The position numbers and the translations under genes are program-made. This document shows, piece after piece, positions 14,259 to 25,650 of a DNA stretch of 64,000 nt. Each line of letters starts with the position of its first letter. The first letter of the stretch is position 1. Source of the DNA: Octopus vulgaris (Eukaryota); assembly GCA_951406725.2 (NCBI GenBank), contig OX597825.1, positions 42,284,001 through 42,348,000 of the forward strand, in the 5' to 3' direction. The notes below the pieces were generated by a model. The model did not search any database. It worked only from the letters and a program-made list of their open reading frames with translations, and was not told the DNA's origin.

Positions 14259-14447
14259 ACCTCGTGAAGACTACCTGAAATTTTTTCCTCTGTCCTCCCG
14301 TCTCGGGATCTTTCTTTCTCCTATGTTTCCGACGAAGAGCTCCGCTCGAAACGTCATACCCTCCTTCTTCCTTTTTCCTGAGCGCCTAATAATAATAATG
14401 CTGTAATTGTTCCACGTGTTGTTTTTTCTGTTTTCCCGTTTGGATTA

Positions 14448-14452
<5 letters not shown>
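14256..14452 (+). mobile_element. Penelope-like pLTR fragment with a degenerate minimal hammerhead ribozyme, inserted in (TA)n
   Basis: 14325-14359 GTTT-CCGACGA-AGAGC-TCC-GCTC-GAAAC-GTC-ATAC matches the minimal hammerhead layout except U4->C. Confidence 0.6.
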
Positions 14453-14491
<39 letters not shown>

Positions 14492-14519
14492 TATACATAC
14501 ATACATATACACATACATG

Positions 14520-14552
<33 letters not shown>

Positions 14553-14954
14553 GGAGAGTTTACGAAAAAACAAAAGACGAAGACAGGAGGTGTACAAAAC
14601 AAACAGATGTATTAGTATAACGCTCAGTAATAGAGAAAGTCTTATATATATATATATATATATATATTTCATCATCATCATACTCATCATTTCATGTTAC
14701 TGTTTCATGCTTGCATGGGTTTGGACAGAATTCGTTGAAGCTGATTTCCTACAGCCAGATACTCTTCCTGTCACCAAACTTTAACAGTTTCAAGTAAGTT
14801 AACATTCTCCATAACCAGATGTGTTTTCATGGAAGAATAGAAATAAAAGTGATATCTGTTTACATGTATCATATAACATCATGGTAAAGAGACAGGAACT
14901 GACATAAATACTCCCACTCATATTCATACATTTATATATACATATTTTCTCGCT

Positions 14955-17900
14955 GAAAAATTGGTAGATAAGGTACTTGAGGTAATCAGAGTAAGTGACA
15001 GAATACCTAAGATTAGAATAGTGCTTCATCATGGATTAGCAACCATTATATCGGCCTATGCCCCTCAGCCAGGGCTACCTGATGGACAGAAAGACCAATT
15101 CTATGACACCTTACTGCAGACTACCTCGTTGACGAACGACAGAGACCTTCTCTTTGTGGCTGGTGATTTCAATGGGCATGTTGGAAAACATGCTGGGGGC
15201 TTCTATGGTGTACATGGAGGCTATGGCTATGGTTCCCGCAATGAGGAGGGAACCAGGCTCCTGGAGTTCTGCGACGCAAATGATCTCATGGTTTGCAACA
15301 CTAACTTCAGGAAACCTACCAGCCACCTAGTCACCTACCAATCGGGTCAACATACCAGCCAAATTGACTACATCCTTGCCAGGAAAAGGGAAAGATGGCT
15401 GCTTATAAATGCCAAAACCTTCCCAGGCGAAGAATGTACCCCACAACATAGACTGGTAGTTAGTGACTTTAGGATCAGGACTAAGAGGACGACAAGAAAG
15501 ACAACCAACATGGAGAAGAAGGATCTGGAAGCTTAAAGATCCTGCAAATGGACAGAGATTTAGGGACATATTACTTGAAGCCTTTGACGAAGTAGAAGGG
15601 GATAGAGCATCACAGGGGGTAGAAGACAACTGGACGTTTCTAAGAGACAACCTGCTGAGAGCCACTGACCAGATCTGTGGCTGGTGCAAAGTCCCCTCTC
15701 GACCTAGAATAACGTGGTGGTGGAACAATGTTGTAGACAGAGCTATTAGAGAAAAGAGACTGGCTTGGAAGGACTGGAAAAATGGGGGTAGCAGGGAATT
15801 GTATCAGACTGCCAAAAGAGAAGCTAGGAGACAGGTTTATTTAGCCAGAGGGGAAGCAGATAAGAAAAAATTTGCCAATGTTCTGTGCCATGAGGACCAA
15901 AGACTTGAGGTATTTTGCGTTGCGAGACAGTGTGTGAGAGAGAATCGTGATGTGGTAGGAGAGAAATGTGTTCGCATGGATGATGGTTCACTTGCGCTAA
16001 ACGAGGATGCAAAGAGAGAGGTGTGGAGACGCCACTATGAAAGGTTGCTGAATGAAGAAAATGAATGGTATAAAGAGAGTCTGCCGAATGTTGTCCCAAC
16101 AGAGGGACCAGCTATCCGAGTTGACAGTTCTTTGGTAGTTAAGGCAATTAGAAGCATGAAGACAGGGAAAGCCCCAGGCCCATCAGGAATCACTGCAGAG
16201 ATGCTCAAAATATCTGGTAGTGTCGGCTATAGCCTGGTCACCCATATAGTTAATCAGGTGATACACGAAGGAGTCATACCCAATGACTGGTGTAGCAGCA
16301 TAATAGTCAACTGCTACAAAGGTAGAGGTGACGCCCTAGATACAAATAATTACAGAGGTATCAAGCTGTTGGATCAGGTAATGAGGGTTACGGAGAGGGT
16401 CATAGCCCAACTAATTAGAGAGAGAGTTAGTTTAGATGAGATGCAGTTTGGATTCATGCCAGGGAAAAGAACCACTAATGCCATATTCCTGGTAAGAGAG
16501 CTGCAGGAGAAATATCTAGCCAAAGATAAGCCCCTGTACCTGGCTTTGGTTGACATGGAGAAAACTTTCGACAGGGAACCCGATATCTTATCTGGTGGTC
16601 AATGAGGAAACTAGGGATAGATGAATGGTTAGTGAGAGCTGTGCAAGCCATGTACAGGGACGCTGCTAGTAAGGTGAGGGTTGACTACGAGTACAGTGAA
16701 GAATTCCGGGTAGAGGTAGGGGTCCACCAAGGTTCAGTCCTCAGCCCCCTCCTCTTTATTGTAGTCCTCCAGGCAATAACGGAGGAATTCAAGACAGGAT
16801 GCCTCTGGGAGCTCCTCTATGCTGATGACCTTGCTCTAATTGCTGAGTCACTATCAGAACTGGAGGAGAAGTTTCAGGTGTGGAAGCGAGGATTAGAATC
16901 GAAGGGCCTTAGAGTCAACCTAGCTAAAACCAAAGTCCTAATAAGTAGGAAGGTAGACAAATCACAAACGCCTTCAGGTAGATAGCCTTGCTCAATCTGT
17001 AGGAAAGGCATGTGTAGAAACTCTATAAGATGCACCAAGTGTAAGCTATGGACACACAAGAGGTGCAGCAACGTCAAGGGAAGGCTAACTAGGAAGATAG
17101 TTTTTGTATGTGGCAGATGCTCAGGAGCAATAAACACTGAAAATGCTCTGAGACCAACTTCCGTCACTTTCCAGGGAGAAAAACTAGAAATAGTTGATAG
17201 CTTCCGTTACCTAGGTGACCAAGTCAGTAGCGGGGGTGGGTGTGTTGAAAGTGTAACTGCTAGAGTAAGAATAGCTTGGGCAAAGTTCAGAGAGCTCTTA
17301 CCTCTACAGGTGACAAAAGGCCTCTCGGTCAGAGTAAAAGGTAGACTGTATGATGCTTGTGTACGAACAGCCATGCTACATGGCAGTGAAACATGGGCCG
17401 TGACTGCTGAGGATATGCGTAAGCTTGCAAGAAATGAAGCCAGTATGCTCCGATGGATGTGTAATGTCAGTGTTCATACTCGACAGAGTGTAAGTACCTT
17501 GAGAGAGGAGTTGGACCTAAGAAGTATCAGTTGCGGTGTGCAAGAGAAACATTTGCACTGGTATGGCCATGTGGCGAGAATGGATGAAGATAGTTGTGTG
17601 AAAAAGTGCTACACCCTAGCTGTTGAGGGAATCTGTGGAAGAGGCTGATCCACGAAAACCTGGGATGAAGCACGACCTTTGAACTTTAGGTCTCACCAAG
17701 GAAATGACTAGAGACCGAGACCTTTGGAAGTATGCTGTGCGTGAGAAGACCCGGCAGGACAAGTGAGACCATCACCCATGGCCTCAGTCCACTTATGCAT
17801 ACCTTTCCTTCTTGGGACACAAAACCCTACTTTGAAGACCTGTTGAGGCAAGTGAAAATCAAAAAATCAAAAATGAAAAAGCCAAAAATCAAAATTGATC

Positions 17901-18315
17901 AATATGAATGGAAATTGTCGCTGTGATATCAGTGCTGGTGGCACATAAGAGAACCAACCGAACGTGACCGTTGCCAGTGCCGCCGTGACTGGCTTCCGTG
18001 CCGGTGGCACGTAAAAAGCACCATTCGATCGTGGCCGTTGCCAGCCTCGCCTGGCCTCCGTACTGGTGGCACGTAGAAAGCACCATCCGACCGTGGCCGT
18101 TTGCCAGCCTCGCCTCGCCTCCGTGCCGGTGGCACGTAAAAAGCACCCACTACACTCATGGAGTGGTTGGCGTTAGGAAGGGCATCCAGCTGTAGAAACA
18201 TTGCCAGATCAGACTGGGACTGGTGCAGCCTTCTGGCTTCCCAGACCCCAGTTGCACCGTCCAACCCATGCCTGCATGGAAAGCATACGCCAAACGATGA
18301 TGATGATGATGATGA
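14955..18315 (+). mobile_element. RTE-clade LINE copy 1 (5'-truncated APE-RT, 3' UTR, (GAT)n tail); inactivated
   Basis: ORFs 14961-15536 (APE: AYAPQ, GDFNGH, QIDY, QHRLV), 15463-16605 (KAPGP, NYRGI, QFGF), 16602-16985 (HQGSVLSP, YADD), 17010-17648 (YLGD, WYGHV); two frameshifts and stops at 16983 and 17646. Confidence 0.95.
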
Positions 18316-18475
18316 TATCTATACAATCAGCTTCTTTCCACTTTTGTCTACAAAATCCATTCACAAGACTTTAGTTGACCTGGGGCTGTAGCCTGGTGCA
18401 GCTCTCCAACTTATCACCCCTAATCAAACTTTCTTACCTATACCAGCATGGAAAACAGATGCTAAATGATGCTAA

Positions 18476-18507
<32 letters not shown>

Positions 18508-18539
18508 GGTGATGACAGTGATGGTGATGATGATGATCT

Positions 18540-19860
18540 AAGCTGCTTCCACACTAAATTCTTTCATTTCTGATTCTCACTTTGCTTACAGCCCCTTGTT
18601 ACAAAGCTTGTATGACCCTCATAAGCCATACATTTACTCCTAGCTTTTACTCTAGAGCTACCAAATCCTGACGTAGTGGATCCTATGAAAGGTCTATAGA
18701 TCTATGAGTGCCGGGTATAGTGGCTTACGTCTAGTCACATACTTCTCTTTTAGTTGTCTTACAAGGAATATGGCATCAGTGGAACTTCTTACTGGGTCAA
18801 AGGCAAACTGGTTGAGATGTCTTATGCAGACTAACCGTGTCCTCAATCAGTTCTGCAATAACACTTTCTGTAATTTTCTGCAATGTTGACAATGTGGAAC
18901 AGAACATGTTATTGATCCTCATGTCAAAAACCATGTGCAAACTTCTTTTCTGCTTCTCCCTTTGCTAGAAATACCTCTCACCTAGCCTTACTTTAGTAAT
19001 TTGGTTTTGTTTTTCTGTTGTGCCTCTCTCACAGTCTTTTTTAAGACTGTACTTCTGCTGTAACGTCAATATCTACAACATTGTTCCACTACTTTGTGTT
19101 TGCTTTGGAATTACATCACTCACATGTCTGATGTGTTGACTTAGTAGAGTGTTTCATAAAAACTGCCAGTTCTTCTCTGTTATAACTCTATCTCCCCACT
19201 CTTACTAAGCATTAGTCAATCCCTTTTTGAATCTATGGTTAGCAGAATATTCCCTTGGCAACCAGGTTTTCTTCCTTCAAATCTTTTGTATCTCAGATTA
19301 TTCCTTATTTTGAAGTTACTAACTATTAGTCAGTTTTGAGAAGTGTATTCTTCATGTGGAAAACACTGTGCTTTTCACAATCAGCCACCAATCGCAATTT
19401 CCAGTAAGATTATAATATATTTCTCGTGTGTTCACCTGATTGGTGTGTGATAAGGTGGCCCAAAGCTTTCTGTAGATTCATGTTCAAGATCATGACATCA
19501 TTTGCATCATAGAACTCCAGGAGCTTTGATCCCTCTTCATTATTTGTACTAAACTGATAATCAGCATGTGCTCCAGTTTTCATGATGTTGCTCAATATGT
19601 CCCTTAAAATTTCCAGTTGTGACAGTAAAGTTATAATTATCTGTTATTAAGAGATGTGTTATCTTTATTTTTATAGTAACCCATAAAAATAACCCTTCTG
19701 TTCACCTACCAGTTTTGAATGTGGTACATATGCGGAGGAATTGGCATAGTTGTTTTTCTTATGTCTAATTTAATAATTCTATTGCATAACCTTACTTTCT
19801 GAGTTACCTTATCCATTCATGTTTCTGCAAACAGAATACCAATTCCACCACAGCTTTGCA
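18540..19860 (-). pseudogene. Old, fragmented RTE-like LINE
   Basis: Remnants such as NNEEGSKLLEFYDANDVMILN and STDAIFLVRQLKEKY parallel copy 1. Confidence 0.7.
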
Positions 19861-21278
19861 GTTCTGAACTTGATAAGAAAAGTGGGGAAGAGGGATTTCC
19901 AGTGGTGCCTGAGCAGATTTTTCTTTTTCTTTTCTTGGTAATCATTCAAATGTGATTTGCCTAAATGGTCGCTTGCTATTTATTCCACTTTTCATGGATG
20001 AACCATGACCAAAATGATCAATAAAATGGGTCAGACATTACCCCTTTCAAGAGGGTTATTGAGAGTGACATGCATAAGTAAAGGCACACAAGCAACATGT
20101 GCAATAAAGCACATACATGCTGTCTCTTTGTACTTCCTCATCATCAATGGTATTCTAACTTTCCATCCATGACATCTCAGGTGACTATTCAGTCCTGTTG
20201 TAGATTTGCATGGTTTGAAGCAGAGGTGACAAGCTGTAACTTACTGTGCATTTCCAGCTGGTTAGGTCTGCCCATATCACCACTCTTCTATCACCATAGG
20301 ACTTTTAGTCAATTGAATTACAAATGAGGTCACCATAAAGAGACATCTGTACATCGTTGAATTATAGTGTTAACCCTTGTACAACATGAATACCACTTTC
20401 TGAGACTCTATGATTAGTACTAGTGACAGGCTGAAGCATGATGACCAGTAACCACAGGAAATCATAGGTTTTATATCAGTGTGTCCTTTTCGTAGAAGGA
20501 TGCTGTGAGGACAGCTAGGGTTCCTCACTCTCAGTGGTTTTATTATGCACCCTGACACCAACCAGATGAATTTTTATGACCCAGCACCCAGAATGTCAAA
20601 AGCTCATACATACATTTATACATACATACATACATACATACATACATACATGCATAATACATTCATATGTGTGTAAATACATACATACAAACAAACAAAC
20701 AAACAATTATCTAATATTATCTAAGCTTAAATTGCATATAAAACAATATTTAGAATTGCTTTGCATGTTTTGTATATCAAAAGATGAAAGTCAGAAGAGA
20801 ACTTGCATTATAGTGCAAGTTTCCTTACACTGCTCTTCATAGCTATTGTTTTTGTTATGTTATCTTACACAGGTTTCAATAGCAATAATATTTGTTTTGC
20901 TAAAAACTTATAAGCAGATTACATTGTCATATCCTCAGAGATTGAATAACAGATATAAATAACCTTTATGATTTATAATGGACATTAAACAGTATTTATG
21001 TTATTAACAGTCATAACTACTGTTAAAAAGATTTGAAGAATTTATGTACCAAGTGAAAAGGTAGAGAATATTACTTTTCATAGCAGAACTGAAAGTAATA
21101 AGAATTTATTATCTTCATTGTGTCTGTGTTAATGGTGGCTATCAGATTTCAAAGGGCCCTGCAAAATAACTTTTACTATATTTTTATCCTATTTGACAGC
21201 TAAATCAATGATTTTAATTCATTTTCACATACACACTGGTGTGTGTGTGTGTGTATGTGTGTGTGGTGTTTATATATC

Positions 21279-21317
<39 letters not shown>

Positions 21318-21699
21318 ATGTATGTAGAAGGTTGAAGAGGAAAACACGAGTTGATATATATGGAAAAAAAGTCAAGATAGAAAATGCTAAAATAATTTTA
21401 TAAAAAACATTTCAGTCGCATTGTTAGAGAAAAATGTGTTTTTTTGGTTTGCATAAGTTTCCAAGGTTTTCGACGATTTTGGAGGTTGTATTTTTCGTAT
21501 CGGTTTCCTCATTGTTCTCTTGATTGGGTTGATGTGTTGAGTCGAATTTGTTCAAAAATGTTGACAGATTTGTTTTGATTTTCTTGAGTTCTTTCAGTAT
21601 TTCTTCCTTTATGGAAGTGATTGTGTCTGTTTTTGTGGGTGCAATGGGGTAGCAGTTAGGTGTCATATCTGTATTGAGATTGCATTAATCTCTACAAGG

Positions 21700-22360
21700 T
21701 TGATAACTTCCACTGGATTTGGGGACCACATGCAGGGGTGATGACTAGGGACTACTTAATTGGCAAAGTATGCCCAATGCCTCCATATTGTTGAACTCGG
21801 CCTTTGAAATTGCAAGTTTGTCTGGTGATAGACGACGTGCACGGCTGTGCACTGGGGGAGGGGTGGTGGTGGAGATGTGGTGTGTGACCCCATGATGGGC
21901 TGTAGGTTTGGAGAATGTCGGAATGGTGAGATTTGGGTGACTTGCAAGAAGATTTGAGAATTTGTTCTCAGTCTGTGAGATGGTTGCTATGTGGGGGTGA
22001 CATGTGCAGATGTTGCCAGAGACATGGAAGCATATGTGTTGCTTTGCCACTTGCCATGTTTGTTTCGATTGAGAGAGCTGCTGTTCTATCGTCGGGCTCA
22101 CCAGTTATAGCTTTGTTAGGCTGTACACAAACAAATTAGTGGAGACGAGAATATATTTATCAAAGGTTTATTGCTTTATGTACATCAGGGCTTAAGCCAC
22201 CAGTTATTACTGTTTAGTTAATTCAGATTCATTTAACTCTCACTGCTAACATTATTTTGTTTCTCTTTGTCTGGAAGTCCACTTCGCCGCAGGCCAACTC
22301 ACTAGCTAGCCACAGCAAATTTCCTGTCTACAGTTCATCTGTCATGATTCCTTCCCTACA
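21700..22360 (-). mobile_element. Deleted Gypsy relic: LTR (~22106-22360), tRNA-Trp-type PBS and start of RT (CsRn1-like)
   Basis: Minus strand TGTAGGG... LTR start; PBS TGGTGAGCCCGACG (13/14 to the complement of the tRNA-Trp 3' end); HGVTHHI..PPVHSRARRLSPDKL..AEF..SSP*SSPLHVVPK. Confidence 0.75.
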
Positions 22361-22680
22361 CACATATACATGTATGTTTGTGTGTATGTATAGTAAATAT
22401 AAATATATTCTTTTACTTTACTTTTTCTTGTTTCAGTCAATAAACTGTGGTCATACTAGAGTACTGTCTTGAAGGCATTTTAGTCAAACAAATTGACTCT
22501 GGGACTTATTTCTTAAATCTAGTACTTATTTTATTGGTTTCTGTTGTTGGACCATTACATATATGCATATATATGCACACACATATAAACATATAAATAC
22601 GCACACACACACACGTGTATAGACAGACATACATACAGATAGATAGATACATACATACATACATAGATTTTATGCTCATA

Positions 22681-23567
22681 CGAGGTCTAATTAACAAGTA
22701 TCCGGACTGTGGTCATAGCAACAAAGCTAAAGTACACAGAGTCCAAATGCTTGGCAAAGATTGACCTTGAACTCTGCTGTGCATGTACACTAAGTTCTAA
22801 ACCACTTCTACTGTTTACAGCAGTGCTTGGAAGGAAGGTGTGTAGTGTGTGATTGATGCATTGACTATGACAGAGGAATTTGTCATGGCAATACCTGCTC
22901 AGAGGCCAACATAAAGTTACAGAAAGTGTATGGAGGGGTGCGTATGAGCCACACACAAGAGTACAAGTGGTTCAGATGTTTCTAAGATGGCCGAAAATAT
23001 GTCACTATTGGCGAATGTTCTGGGTAACCCACAACCAGCAGAACTGAGAAAAACATAGCAGATGTGTATGCAGCTGTGAGGGAAAATTGTCAAATCCCCC
23101 TTCGTGAGTTGTCAGAGTATGTGTAGATTAATTGTGATTCAGTTTAGTCCATTATCACGGAAGATTTGGGTATGAGACACATGTCCGCCAAGCTTCTGCC
23201 AAAACTGCTTTCAGGTGACCAAAAAGACACCTGGGTTTCAGTTGCAAAAGATCTCCTGGATCGAGTCAAGAACAATGAAAACTTTTAGAAAACTATGCGT
23301 AGGCCTCTGGGCAGGCATGGCCAAGCTTTTGGCAAAATTTGATGCAGATTCTCTGCTTAACTTTCTCTGTCATGCTCAATGTGATGATCACACACTTCAC
23401 ACATTCTTTCCAAGCACTGCTGTAAACAGTGGCAGTGAGCTAGAATGTTAAAACTTAGTGCATATGCACAGCAGAGTTCAAGGTCAATCTTTGCAAATTG
23501 GCTTTACTCTGTGTACTTTAGCATCGTTATTATGACAACAATCCGGATACTTATTGATCAGACCATA
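22681..23567. mobile_element. Mariner-derived MITE with ~200-bp inverted arms
   Basis: TA|CGAGGTCT...AGACC..|TA; 22681-22880 is an imperfect reverse complement of 23355-23567; the interior has mariner N-terminal remnants. Confidence 0.8.
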
Positions 23568-23607
23568 TATATGTATGTACTACATCCATATATACATGCA
23601 GATACAT

Positions 23608-23827
23608 GCGAGCTGGCAGAAACGTTAGCACGCCAGGTGAAATGCGTAGCCGTATTTCGTCTGCCGCTACTTTCTGAGTTCAAATTCCGCCGAGGTCAAC
23701 TTTGTCTTTTATCCTTTCGGGCTCGATTAAATAAGTACCAGTTGCGCACTGGGGTCGATATAATCGACTTAATCCGTTTGTCCTTGTTTGTCCTCTCTGT
23801 GTTTAGCCCCTTGTGGGAAGTAAAGAA
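23608..23827 (+). mobile_element. tRNA-derived SINE with conserved central domain (Meta-type-like)
   Basis: GCTGGCAGAAACGTTAG A-box-like, GAGTTCAAATTCC B box, then GAGGTCAACTTTGTCTTTTATCCTTTCGG...AAATAAGTACC core. Confidence 0.75.
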
Positions 23828-23957
23828 ATATATACATGCAGATACACACACGCAAGGTGGTATCAAAAAGTTCCTGAACAAATGCTATATACACAGACTT
23901 TCTCATCATCAGACATCAATGGGCTACTTACCATATAAATATAATATGAGTATATGC

Positions 23958-24385
23958 ATTTATTGCTATACTTGGAGATGGTCATATTTTACCGATTAAA
24001 CTGACGCACTATAACTTTGGTCTTAACTTCAGCTTAATTATTATTATTTTAGTTTCTTTGTCAAAGCTCTTTCATCATACATCCTATGACCTTTACAGTG
24101 ACTCTTTATCCCACGTGTCTCCTCTGGTTCTGGAATAAGCAGAACAAGAGGAGTCAAATGGGATAGAGAGTCACTGAAGAGGTCACAGGATGTGTGATGA
24201 AAGAGCTTTGACAAAGAAAGTAAAATGATAATAATAAAGCTGAAAAGGAGACCAAATATATAGTATGTGTGTTTAATTGGAAAAAGAGGCCCATCGCTAA
24301 GTATAGCAATATTTGTTTCATCACACAATTTCACATCAAGAATCTTGTAAAACAAATACACAAACATAAATGAATATACTATTTT
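23958..24385. mobile_element. Older Penelope-like terminal fragments in inverted arrangement
   Basis: 23960-24022 is a degenerate reverse complement of ~24250-24312; related to the 25218-25600 structure. Confidence 0.45.
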
Positions 24386-24790
24386 ATGTATATCATACAT
24401 CATCATTTTAACATCTGCATCTCCATGCTTCTATATTTTATTGAGGTAGATTTTTATGGCTGCATAACCTGCCTGTGGGTCCCACTTTTATCTGTTTTTG
24501 AGCAAGGTAATATTTCCCCAAGAACAGGCACATTTTTGCAGAATAATGCAAATAAACAATATTTATATACAACAGTTATGCAATGTTAAGACAAAGAGAT
24601 CAACACTCACACACTCACAGATACATATATGCACACAGATATTTTCATCTGTCAAATCCATTCACAAAACTGTAGTTGGCCTGGGTCTATATAGTAGAAG
24701 GCATCTTGTCCAAGATGTCATGCAGTGGGACTGAAGCTGAAACTTTGGGTTTGGCAATCAAACTTCTTAAAAACACGACCACACCTGCAT

Positions 24791-24963
<173 letters not shown>

Positions 24964-25127
24964 CCAAACAGACATACACACCTAACATTATTATCATCAT
25001 CATTTAACATTTGTTTTCCATGCTGGTATTGGGTGGACAGTTTAAGAGGAACTGGCAAGCTACAAGACAATGCCAAATTCTGGTGTTTTGACAAAGCTTC
25101 TATGACTGTATGTCCCTTCTTAAGGCC

Positions 25128-25174
<47 letters not shown>

Positions 25175-25217
25175 AATGTGTATAAATATGTGTGCATATA
25201 CATATATAAATATATAT

Positions 25218-25538
25218 ATATTGTTATATTTCGGAATGGTCATATTGCCAGTTTAGCCAATAAAAACACACGCACTATATATTTGGTGTTATTTTGCTTC
25301 AGTGATATTTATTTTTTTTTTTTGGCTGACGGTTAGTAAGGAGAGACACAAGTAAGTGAGAAGAAAACAAAGGACCACTGATGCGGTCACAGGAGTGTGA
25401 CGAAAGAACTTTGGCCGAAATAAGATTAAGATTAATGTAAAAAATAAATATCACTGAAGCAAAATAACACCAAATATATAGTGCGTGTGTTTTTATTGGC
25501 TAAACTGGCAATATGACCATTCCGAAATATAACAATAT
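25218..25538. repeat. Perfect 100-bp inverted repeat (25218-25317 / 25439-25538), 121-bp spacer
   Basis: Arms compared base by base; lies between (TA)n tracts. Confidence 0.92.
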
Positions 25539-25594
25539 CTGTTTCAACACACGACTTCACATAAAAAATCTTGCACAACAAATATTTAAACGTA

Positions 25595-25644
<50 letters not shown>

Positions 25645-25650
<6 letters not shown>

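Noticed and set aside
23851-23880. Mariner TIR-like 30-mer matching 47139-47167
   Set aside because: No partner TIR or body nearby; isolated fragment.
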